32,000 nt of DNA, taken from assembly GCA_030604855.1 (NCBI GenBank), contig JAUVVC010000006.1:60001-92000 (forward strand). The letters are read 5' to 3'. Of this stretch, positions 9,479 to 16,941 are shown in pieces. A program made the translations under genes and the position numbers. The notes below the pieces were generated by a model. The model made no database searches and was not told where the DNA came from. It was given only the letters and a program-made list of their open reading frames with translations. Source of the stretch: Erysipelotrichaceae bacterium (GTDB lineage Bacteria > Bacillota_I > Bacilli_A > Erysipelotrichales > Erysipelotrichaceae). Each line of letters begins with the position of its first letter. Position 1 is the stretch's first letter.

Positions 9479-10981
9479 ATGAAATTCAACTTTAGAGTAT
9501 CACCGAACTATCGCACACCCTTATCGACACAACGTGTTATGTGGGAAGTCACTGCGGCGATCAGTGTGGTCTTGGCCTTTGCAGTATTCTATTACTTTAC
9601 GGAATTGGGTACGGATTATGGCATTCATGCCGTATTGATGATCCTTACGTCTTTAGCGGTTGCGATTGGAACCGAAGTGCTCTGGGCTTTGTTCTATAAG
9701 AAGAACATCCTCAAACATTTGAATACATCGTTCCCTTGGGTCATTGCTTTGATCTTCGTTGGTACGATGAGCATCAATCGTCCTTTATATGTTTCTGCTG
9801 TGAGTGTGTTTGCCGGGGTTTTCTTTGGTAAACTCGTCTTCGGTGGTTTTGGATATAACATCTTCAACCCAGCGGGTGTTGGTCGTGCAGTGGCGGCATT
9901 GTCCTTCAGTGGTTTTGTGACCAATAAGTTTGCGGATGTGGTTACAGGTGCGACAGCAAACCAAGTCATGCAAGGCTTGGGCTGGGTCATCACAAAGCCT
10001 GAAGCCGTTGATGCGTTCTTAAATCAATTTGGTGGTTTAAGTGGACTAGCGATTGGTTTCTATCCTGCAAGTTTGGGTGAGACCAGTACGATTCTCTTGT
10101 TGTTGGTTGGTATTTATCTCTCTGTCCGTAAAATCATCGATTGGAAGGTTCCATTGACCTTCATCGGTTCGATTTTCATCTTTACATATGCCATTGCATT
10201 ATTCAAAGGCATGGGTGTCTGGTATCCTTTGTTCCATATCGTCAGTGGTGGTGCGATGTATGCGGCGGTCTTCATGATCACCGATCCCGTCACGACACCG
10301 ACGTCGAGCATCGGACGGATCTTGTTTGCGATGGGGGTTGCCATCTTCGTGGTCATCATCCGTATCAAAGCTAATCTTCCTGAAGGTGTTGTTTATGGAA
10401 TTCTATTCATGAATATGTTGTCTCCTTTATTGGATCAAATCACGGATGGTTGGGTCTTTAAGGAAATGAAGAAATTCTATATTCAAATCGGTACCTTGTT
10501 TGTGGCTGGCTTGGCGGTGATCTTATTGGTCGCAAGTCAAATCTCCTACAATGAACCGGTTGTCGAAGTTGAACCTGTCGTTGTCATCAACTTGAAGGGT
10601 GAACCGGTTGTGGTATTGGCAGAAGCAGTATCGCCAACGGCTCTCGTTGTTTCTGAAACGGCTGAAGGTGATGTTACGACTTTTGTTGTAAACATCAATG
10701 GTTATGCGTTCCAAAGCGATCACGATGATGATCCTCAACCGAATACATTGGAGATCAAGGTCAATACTGCGACGCAAACGGTTGAAAGTGTCAGCTATGT
10801 GACTTTCTCAGATTCTCCGAATATCGGGGATAAAACGAATTCAGATGTCTTCTTGTCTCAATTTGTTGGCTTATCCATTGTGGATGAAGCCGCAAGTGTG
10901 GATGTCGTATCTGGAGCCACCATTACATCTCAGTCGGTTGTTCGTGCTGTTCGTGCCGCAATTGCAGCGGCTTTGGATTAG
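9479..10981 (+). CDS. rnfD: Rnf subunit D fused to a C-terminal RnfG-like TM anchor plus FMN_bind domain
   Basis: Polytopic NqrB/RnfD core with flavinylation motif DVVTGAT (T159) up to about aa 327. An extra TM helix follows (IGTLFVAGLAVILLVASQI), then a ~140-aa domain ending in DVVSGATITSQSV (T481). Confidence 0.88.
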   Translation: MKFNFRVSPNYRTPLSTQRVMWEVTAAISVVLAFAVFYYFTELGTDYGIHAVLMILTSLAVAIGTEVLWALFYKKNILKHLNTSFPWVIALIFVGTMSINRPLYVSAVSVFAGVFFGKLVFGGFGYNIFNPAGVGRAVAALSFSGFVTNKFADVVTGATANQVMQGLGWVITKPEAVDAFLNQFGGLSGLAIGFYPASLGETSTILLLLVGIYLSVRKIIDWKVPLTFIGSIFIFTYAIALFKGMGVWYPLFHIVSGGAMYAAVFMITDPVTTPTSSIGRILFAMGVAIFVVIIRIKANLPEGVVYGILFMNMLSPLLDQITDGWVFKEMKKFYIQIGTLFVAGLAVILLVASQISYNEPVVEVEPVVVINLKGEPVVVLAEAVSPTALVVSETAEGDVTTFVVNINGYAFQSDHDDDPQPNTLEIKVNTATQTVESVSYVTFSDSPNIGDKTNSDVFLSQFVGLSIVDEAASVDVVSGATITSQSVVRAVRAAIAAALD

Positions 10982-10990
10982 GAGGCTAAG

Positions 10991-11494
10991 ATGAAAAAGA
11001 TTATCACATTAACATTATTCTTAGCGATTATCAGTGGTTTGGCCGGGGCAACCTTGGCATTCGTCAATAATATGACAAGCCCGATTATTGAAGAGCGTAA
11101 GATTGCGGCTGTCAAAGCTACACTTGAAGCGATCTTCCCGGGCGCAAGTGAATATAAAGAAATTGCATTTGAAGATGCCAGTGGGACGGTAACGAACGTT
11201 TATGAAGCAGTAGGTGCCGGTTATGCGTTCAATGTCAATGTCCAAGGTTATAAGGATGTCATCACGTTCATCGTTGGAATTGATGAGGCCGGTGAAATCG
11301 TTGGTTTCACTGTCAACTATGTCAACGATACACCGGGCTTAGGCTCAAAAGTAGCTGACCCTGAATTTGCGAATTCGATCATTGGTTCAAAAGTTGGAGA
11401 TAAAGTGGATACCATTGCGGGTTCAACTGTTTCTTCAGCGGCTGTCGTGAAAGGGATTGATGCGGCTTCGGCTGTTTATCAATCGCTAAAGTAG
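10991..11494 (+). CDS. rnfG: Rnf subunit G (FMN-binding)
   Basis: 167 aa. N-terminal TM anchor and FMN_bind domain (TPGLGSKV...DTIAGSTVSSAAV). AGGAGG RBS. Confidence 0.85.
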   Translation: MKKIITLTLFLAIISGLAGATLAFVNNMTSPIIEERKIAAVKATLEAIFPGASEYKEIAFEDASGTVTNVYEAVGAGYAFNVNVQGYKDVITFIVGIDEAGEIVGFTVNYVNDTPGLGSKVADPEFANSIIGSKVGDKVDTIAGSTVSSAAVVKGIDAASAVYQSLK

Positions 11495-11504
11495 GAGGTT
11501 CGTC

Positions 11505-12146
11505 ATGAAATCATTAGTCAATTATGGAATGAGCCTTTTGAAGGAAAACCCAGTATTTGGTCTATACCTTGGTCTTTGCTCAAGTTTGGCCATTACCACA
11601 AATCTCGATAATGCGGTAGGTATGGGTATTTCAGTATTGTTGGTTTTAACGGTGTCCAACGTTGTTATTTCGTTGTTAAGAAAACTTACACCGGATGAGA
11701 TTCGTATTCCTGTATACATCGTCGTCATTGCGACTTTGGTCAAAGCGGTTGAGTTGTTGATCAAGGCTTATGCACCAGCGATCGATGCGGCTTTGGGTGT
11801 TTTCATTCCGTTGATCGTTGTCAACTGCATCATTCTGGGACGTGCGGAAGCATTTGCCAGTAAGAATGGTGTTGTTTCATCCGCTTTGGATGGTTTGAAT
11901 ATGGGGGTTTCCTACACCTTGAGTATTGTTGCTTTATCGTTGATTCGTCAATTGTTGGCAACAGGTATTCTAAATATGAATAATCCATTCAATGATACGG
12001 TTATCTTTGATATCACGATCATTCCAGCTGATTTTACGATTCCAATGTTCAGCAGTCCAATCGGGGCGTTTCTAACCTTTGCCTTATTGGCTGCGGGTGT
12101 TGCGGCAATCAACAATCGCGACCAAAAGAAAGTGAAGGGTGCGTAA
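11505..12146 (+). CDS. rnfE: Rnf subunit E
   Basis: NqrD/RnfE-type six-helix protein: NPVFGLYLGLCSSLAITT, FIPLIVVNCIILGRAEAFA. AGGAGG RBS. Confidence 0.9.
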   Translation: MKSLVNYGMSLLKENPVFGLYLGLCSSLAITTNLDNAVGMGISVLLVLTVSNVVISLLRKLTPDEIRIPVYIVVIATLVKAVELLIKAYAPAIDAALGVFIPLIVVNCIILGRAEAFASKNGVVSSALDGLNMGVSYTLSIVALSLIRQLLATGILNMNNPFNDTVIFDITIIPADFTIPMFSSPIGAFLTFALLAAGVAAINNRDQKKVKGA

Positions 12147-12147
12147 C

Positions 12148-12723
12148 ATGGAAGGTTTCTTCACATTATTCATCTCTGCTATTTTAATCAATAACATCGT
12201 TCTGACGAAGTTCTTGGGCATGTGTCCAATCATGGGTGTATCCCGTAAAACCAGCTCAGCTTTGGGTATGGGTGCTGCGGTCGTCTTTGTCATTTTTGGC
12301 TCATCTGTTTTCACATATGTACTTTATTACAATGTGTTGGTTCCAATGAGCCTTGAGTATATGGATTTGATCACGTTCATTCTCGTCATCGCGGCGTTTG
12401 TCCAATTTGTCGAAATGGTCATGAAGAAGTTCACGCCAGCTTTGTATAAGGCTTTGGGAATCTTCTTGCCTTTGATCACAACGAACTGTGTCGTCTTGTA
12501 TGTGACTTTGGTCAATATTACCAATGGTTATAGTTTTATGGAAATGGTTGTTTATTCCATTGCGGTTCCTTTAGGTTTTACCTTGGTTCTCTACATCTTC
12601 TCAACAATTCGTGAGCGTTTGGACAGTGCTCCTGTTCCTAAGGCATTTGAAGGCAATCCGATTGCTTTGATCGTCATGGCGATCATGGCAGCGATCTTCA
12701 CTGCTTTCGCTGGTTTGGTTTAA
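12148..12723 (+). CDS. rnfA: Rnf subunit A
   Basis: NqrE/RnfA signature: SAILINNIVLTKFLGMCP, FLPLITTNCVVL. ATG 12148 is preferred over the in-frame GTG 12139, which overlaps the rnfE stop. Confidence 0.9.
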   Translation: MEGFFTLFISAILINNIVLTKFLGMCPIMGVSRKTSSALGMGAAVVFVIFGSSVFTYVLYYNVLVPMSLEYMDLITFILVIAAFVQFVEMVMKKFTPALYKALGIFLPLITTNCVVLYVTLVNITNGYSFMEMVVYSIAVPLGFTLVLYIFSTIRERLDSAPVPKAFEGNPIALIVMAIMAAIFTAFAGLV

Positions 12724-12724
12724 G

Positions 12725-12919
12725 ATGGAAGCCGTCATTTATATCGCGGCCTTAGGTGGGTTCTATGCTTTGGTTTATTATTTGAACCACAAGACGCCGA
12801 AACCTGAGGGATGTGAATACATCGATGCGGCCTGTAATTCGTGCAGTGTAGGTATTTGCAGCAATCATCCATCGCAAAATATCATCAAGGAGGATATGAT
12901 TCATGTTGAGCGCAGTTAG
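12725..12919 (+). CDS. Small single-pass Cys-rich membrane protein of unknown function, embedded in the rnf operon
   Basis: 64 aa. One TM helix (AVIYIAALGGFYALVYYL) followed by CEYIDAACNSCSVGIC (C-x6-C-x2-C-x4-C). Starts 1 nt after the rnfA stop and overlaps the rnfB start by 17 nt. No family recognised. Confidence 0.5.
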   Translation: MEAVIYIAALGGFYALVYYLNHKTPKPEGCEYIDAACNSCSVGICSNHPSQNIIKEDMIHVERS

Positions 12920-13211
12920 TATGATGTTGGTCCTTGGGGCGGCTTTGGGTTTGCTCTTGGCGATTGCAGGTAAAGTCTTCTATGTGGAAATCGATACGCG
13001 TGTTGAACAGATCACGAACATGTTGCCAGGATACAACTGTGGCGCATGTGGTTATCCGGGATGCGCAGGTTTAGCCGATGCGTTGGTCAGTGGAGAGGCA
13101 AAGAGTCCAACTCAATGCAAACCTTCGACTGAGGCCCATCGTTCTCGGATCACCGCTTTCATGGAAACCGGTGTGGATCCACAAGCTCCAAAAGAGTCTG
13201 TACAAGCTTAA
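12903..13211 (+). CDS. rnfB: Rnf subunit B, minimal form (TM anchor plus N-terminal 4Fe-4S domain only)
   Basis: N-terminal TM helix, then LPGYNCGACGYPGCAGLADALV...QCKP, the RnfB-type C-x2-C-x4-C-xn-C cluster motif. AGGAGG RBS. Ends at 102 aa and is immediately followed by a terminator. Confidence 0.8.
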   Translation: MLSAVSMMLVLGAALGLLLAIAGKVFYVEIDTRVEQITNMLPGYNCGACGYPGCAGLADALVSGEAKSPTQCKPSTEAHRSRITAFMETGVDPQAPKESVQA

Positions 13212-13217
13212 TTTCTT

Positions 13218-13243
13218 AAAGATCGTGAAAGCGATCTTTTTTT
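13218..13243 (+). terminator. Rho-independent terminator of the rnf operon
   Basis: AAAGATCG-TGAAAG-CGATCTTT followed by TTTTTAT. Confidence 0.65.
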
Positions 13244-13292
13244 ATTTTAGGGGAAGTTCATGGAGGTGCGTATCTAGTAGTGAGGTGTTTGT

Positions 13293-13658
13293 ATGAAGGG
13301 TGTGATTCAGGCTTATGCATTGTTGGTTGTGTGTCTGGGTGTATCGCTCGGCATGATGATTGCGGTTCAATATGATGTCCTATTTTATAAGCATCAGTTC
13401 ATTCTGAAACAAAGCATGCAAGAAAGTATGCTGGAAAGTTTGGATCTGCCTTATCAGGAACGCGATCTGTATACGTTCAATCGTTTAATTGAACTCTTGA
13501 GCATGCGTATGGGTTCAAATCGAAGCGTAAATGTCAGTTTGATGGGATTCAATGCACAACCCTTGGCACTCAGAGTCAAATTAAGTGTATCCGATGAGAA
13601 TCACATCATCCCTTATTCCATTCATCTCGATAAAACCATGATAGAGGTATCCCCATGA
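13293..13658 (+). CDS. Putative TadE-like minor pilin / pilus assembly protein
   Basis: 121 aa. N-terminus MKGVIQAYALLVVCLGVSLGMMIAV is a short polar head plus a hydrophobic helix. It parallels the TadE-like protein at 16941 in size and N-terminus. First gene of the tad-like cluster, with an ATGA overlap to the next gene. Confidence 0.4.
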   Translation: MKGVIQAYALLVVCLGVSLGMMIAVQYDVLFYKHQFILKQSMQESMLESLDLPYQERDLYTFNRLIELLSMRMGSNRSVNVSLMGFNAQPLALRVKLSVSDENHIIPYSIHLDKTMIEVSP

Positions 13659-14356
13659 AACAGAAGTATTCTTTATTGCATTTCGGTGTCGCTTTAGGTT
13701 TGTGTTTACTCTTTATGGGTGGAAGCTTGTTGTACATTCACAATCAACTTGAGCTGGTGGAAGTCTATGTCGCAAGAGAAAACTTACCGGCACGGACGCA
13801 CATCAGTGAGAACAGTCTATCTAAAATCAAAGTTCCCAAAGCGTATCTCAGTGAAGATGCGATTACGGATAAAGCTCAAATGTTGGGAAAATACGTCAAA
13901 ATCAATGCATCGATTCCAAAGGGAAGTCTTGTGTACACTTCAACGATTGAAGCTTTGGATGAAAGCATCGATCAACCCAGTCTTTTATTGAAAAACAATC
14001 AGGCAGTCTATGCGATTGATGTCAGTTTGACCAGTACATCTGGAAATACATTGCAGATTGGATCGAAAGTAGATATTTACGGAACTTTGAAAGTCGGACG
14101 TGAGACAAAGGTCGATTTACTTTTCAAACAGGTTCGAGTGATCAGTGTCAAAGATAAGAATGGTAATGAGGTCGATCGTAAAAGCAATCAGATGCCCAAG
14201 CTATTATTGGTTGCATTTGATCAAACTGAAATCCCGTTGATTACCAAATTGATCGCAATGGGCGAGATCACCATCACACCAACTGCGGAGTTCTTGAGTG
14301 AGGATGAGTGTGTCCTCAATGAACATTCACTTCTATTGGAAATCCTCTATGCTTGA
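13655..14356 (+). CDS. CpaB/RcpC-like Flp pilus assembly protein
   Basis: N-terminal TM anchor, then a SAF-like segment (VEVYVARENLPARTHISENSL...IPKGSLV) and a beta-rich C-terminal domain (VDIYGT...VRVISVKD...LLVAFD), as in CpaB. Confidence 0.6.
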   Translation: MKQKYSLLHFGVALGLCLLFMGGSLLYIHNQLELVEVYVARENLPARTHISENSLSKIKVPKAYLSEDAITDKAQMLGKYVKINASIPKGSLVYTSTIEALDESIDQPSLLLKNNQAVYAIDVSLTSTSGNTLQIGSKVDIYGTLKVGRETKVDLLFKQVRVISVKDKNGNEVDRKSNQMPKLLLVAFDQTEIPLITKLIAMGEITITPTAEFLSEDECVLNEHSLLLEILYA

Positions 14357-15365
14357 TAACTTTGATTTTGGAGTGATTCAGTCGTATGTCGATGATCCAA
14401 TGGTTACGGATATCAATTACAATGGTCGCCAATGTTGGATCGATCATCTTCGTAAAGGACGATATCCTTTAGCACCTTTTGATGCCCATGAAGCGATGCA
14501 GATACTGGTTTATAAAATTGCGAACTATGTGAATCTACCTTTCAATGCGACCAGTCCTGTCTTGGAAGCAGAAACTGAAAGTCTGCGTATCAGTCTATTG
14601 CACCCCAGTGTTTCGAAAGGGGGATTAAGCCTCTCTTTACGCAAAACACCTGCGCTCTGTCGTTTACACGATGCAGAGACGGGGATTAAGGCTTATGCGC
14701 CGGAATGGGTGATCAGTTTATTGCAGGAAGCTGTCAGGCATCGTAAGAACATCTTAGTAAGTGGGCTTCCGGGTTCAGGTAAAACCGAATTTGTAAAGTT
14801 TCTGATGGAGAGCATTCCAGCTCAAGAACGCGTGATTACGATTGAGGATAGTCTTGAACTTCGTTATGGTGATATCCATCCGACAAAAGATCACGTGATG
14901 CTTAAGGTTCAGGAGCGCTTTGGCTATGAGCAAGCCATCAAAACAAGTCTGCGCCAAAGACCGGATTGGATCTGTGTCTCTGAGGTCAGGGGTGCCGAAA
15001 TCATGTATCTTCTGCAGAGTATTTCAACGGGAACCAGTTTGATCAGTACAATTCATGCGGAGAGCGCAATAGCGATACCAGCGCGGATGTTGATGCTCAT
15101 GCCAGGGTTTGATCTGAACAATCAAAGTCTGCTTACCATGATTCATGATTGCATCGACTTTGGCATTCATTTGGAGGTCAATCATGATGGACAGAAAGTC
15201 GTACGATCGATTCGAGAGTTGGTCCAATTTAAAATCAATGAGAACTATGAACAAGAAAAGAAAACAATCTATCAAAGCGATGATAAAAACAAAGCCGTTC
15301 GCTACCAAAGCCTATTTGCAAGTAAAAAAGCTAAAACTCAAAGAACTCCTTTGGATCTTCAGTGA
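14349..15365 (+). CDS. tadA: TadA/CpaF-type (VirB11-like) secretion ATPase
   Basis: Walker A GLPGSGKT, Asp box ITIEDSLEL, Walker B-like RPDWICVSEVRGAE, His box STIHAES. N-terminal VTDINYNG...WIDH motif. Start ATG 14349 overlaps the upstream stop (ATGCTTGA). Confidence 0.85.
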   Translation: MLDNFDFGVIQSYVDDPMVTDINYNGRQCWIDHLRKGRYPLAPFDAHEAMQILVYKIANYVNLPFNATSPVLEAETESLRISLLHPSVSKGGLSLSLRKTPALCRLHDAETGIKAYAPEWVISLLQEAVRHRKNILVSGLPGSGKTEFVKFLMESIPAQERVITIEDSLELRYGDIHPTKDHVMLKVQERFGYEQAIKTSLRQRPDWICVSEVRGAEIMYLLQSISTGTSLISTIHAESAIAIPARMLMLMPGFDLNNQSLLTMIHDCIDFGIHLEVNHDGQKVVRSIRELVQFKINENYEQEKKTIYQSDDKNKAVRYQSLFASKKAKTQRTPLDLQ

Positions 15366-16059
15366 GTTGGCTATAACCATTTGGATCGCCACACGCTTTG
15401 GACTCCCACGACAATCTATCTTTATTCTTTTCATCACGACGATCGCACTGACCCCTCTGTTCTTTCGTTATCAATTGCAATGGATCAAACAAGAACAAGC
15501 CTTTTTCAATCTGACGGATTTTCTCCAACAATTCATTGCGAGCTTTAAGTCACACCCAAAAATATACGCTGCGCTATTGGAATGTGAGGACATCACACAA
15601 CATCAATTACACAAGGATGTGAGGTTTTGGATCGAGGGACTCGAGAAGGGTGGATACCCTCAGGAACACGCCAAAGCGTTCATGGCGAAATATGGTCATT
15701 TCACTATTGGGAATATGGTGCATCTCATGTTGGCGGTGGAGAATTATGGAAGTTTCCAGTATGCCGAAGGATTTGAAATCATTCAAGATGACATTGAGGA
15801 ATGGATTGAAGATACCTATGCCTTCAAACAGGAACAAGTCCAGACGCAACGGAAGATTCAGATACTCTCCTTATTTTCAATGGGCATCGCTTACATGAGC
15901 CACAACATGCTTTTCAAATCGGATCTGGTCAGTGAACTTGGTTTCTACCATACCAGTCTGATGTTGTTCTTCGGCTTGATTCTGCTCACACTCTTCTTTG
16001 CGCAAAAGATGATCGCGGTGCCTTGGATTGAGAAGAAGGAGTTGATATGGAGCGCTTGA
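15280..16059 (+). CDS. TadB-like platform protein (T2SS-F family). Start uncertain.
   Basis: N-terminal TM pair, a ~150-aa helical cytoplasmic domain, and a C-terminal TM pair. Candidate starts are ATG 15247, ATG 15280 and TTG 16316-equivalent at 15316, and none has a clear RBS. Every candidate start overlaps the ATPase gene. Confidence 0.55.
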   Translation: MIKTKPFATKAYLQVKKLKLKELLWIFSELAITIWIATRFGLPRQSIFILFITTIALTPLFFRYQLQWIKQEQAFFNLTDFLQQFIASFKSHPKIYAALLECEDITQHQLHKDVRFWIEGLEKGGYPQEHAKAFMAKYGHFTIGNMVHLMLAVENYGSFQYAEGFEIIQDDIEEWIEDTYAFKQEQVQTQRKIQILSLFSMGIAYMSHNMLFKSDLVSELGFYHTSLMLFFGLILLTLFFAQKMIAVPWIEKKELIWSA

Positions 16060-16793
16060 TCTTTAGTTTGATCATCTTAGTCTTATGGAGATTGGGTGAT
16101 CCTTGGTTGAATGACCACTTGATGAACATACGCGAGAAAGACTGTGTTCGACTGGAAAATGTTCTTAAAATCAAGTTGGACCATACCTGGATGCTGGAGC
16201 GTATCCAACGTTTGAAACATCTTCGATATGCGATTCTATTGGTCACATTCGATATTCGTTTTGCTTATCTGGTTCTCTTTGTTTGGATCTTTGTTTATAA
16301 ATCACCGTATCTTCGTTTGAAACATCAAGCGCGCAAACACATTCAATTGGTGCGTTACCAATTTCCTATCTATCTTCGTCAGCTCCAGATCCTCCTACAA
16401 AACAACACCGTTGTAAATGCGGTGGAGCAGTCGTTGGCGTATGTGCCCGAAGTGCTTAAAGACGATATCCATGTCTTTCATTCGGCACTCTTGGAAGATT
16501 CACGTTCACTCTCCACCTACATCACACAAATGCAGGCTTACCAACTTCCTGAGATCACCCGTGCTTTCAAATGGCTCTATCGTTACCAAAGCATTGGTTC
16601 TCAGGATGCTTATCGTCAGTTTAATCGTATGATTCTATCGACATCGAAATGGTTGCGTCAAGCACGCATCCATCAAAAACAGAATGCCGTTGGAATATAT
16701 CAATGGATGGGAATGTTGCCTCTGGTGGGTGTCACCGTGGTCTTCATTTCAGCCATGTTAAGTGTCGCACTGACACTCTTTGAAAGGGGGTGA
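16047..16793 (+). CDS. TadC-like platform protein (T2SS-F family)
   Basis: Same TM / helical domain / TM layout as the upstream gene. AAGGAG RBS. 13-nt overlap with the upstream gene. Confidence 0.5.
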   Translation: MERLIFSLIILVLWRLGDPWLNDHLMNIREKDCVRLENVLKIKLDHTWMLERIQRLKHLRYAILLVTFDIRFAYLVLFVWIFVYKSPYLRLKHQARKHIQLVRYQFPIYLRQLQILLQNNTVVNAVEQSLAYVPEVLKDDIHVFHSALLEDSRSLSTYITQMQAYQLPEITRAFKWLYRYQSIGSQDAYRQFNRMILSTSKWLRQARIHQKQNAVGIYQWMGMLPLVGVTVVFISAMLSVALTLFERG

Positions 16794-16797
16794 ACAC

Positions 16798-16941
16798 ATG
16801 AAGGCGTTTTTTGAAGAATATGGTTTGGTTTTGGTCGTAACCGTCATCGCAACAGGCATGATTACGTTCTCGGAGACATTTAAGACAACGATGCAAACAA
16901 CTCTCGAAACTCAATGGTCGGAAATGACGACAGGTAGCTGA
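16798..16941 (+). CDS. flp: Flp-family (type IVc) pilin-like protein, 47 aa, not in the ORF track
   Basis: Hand translation: MKAFFEEYGLVLVVTVIATGMITFSETFKTTMQTTLETQWSEMTTGS. EYGL followed by a hydrophobic helix is the Flp core motif. AAAGGGGGTGA RBS 5-6 nt upstream. The stop overlaps the next ATG (TGATG). Confidence 0.6.
   Translation: MKAFFEEYGLVLVVTVIATGMITFSETFKTTMQTTLETQWSEMTTGS

Noticed and set aside
10553-10612. Short repeated GAACCGGTTGT segments (EPVV...EPVV) in the RnfD linker
   Set aside because: These are two 11-nt copies encoding a Pro/Val-rich linker between the extra TM helix and the FMN domain. Ordinary low-complexity linker sequence.
13078-13296. 72-aa plus-strand ORF spanning the rnfB 3' end and terminator
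   Set aside because: It is an alternative frame of rnfB running through the terminator hairpin. No RBS or motifs.
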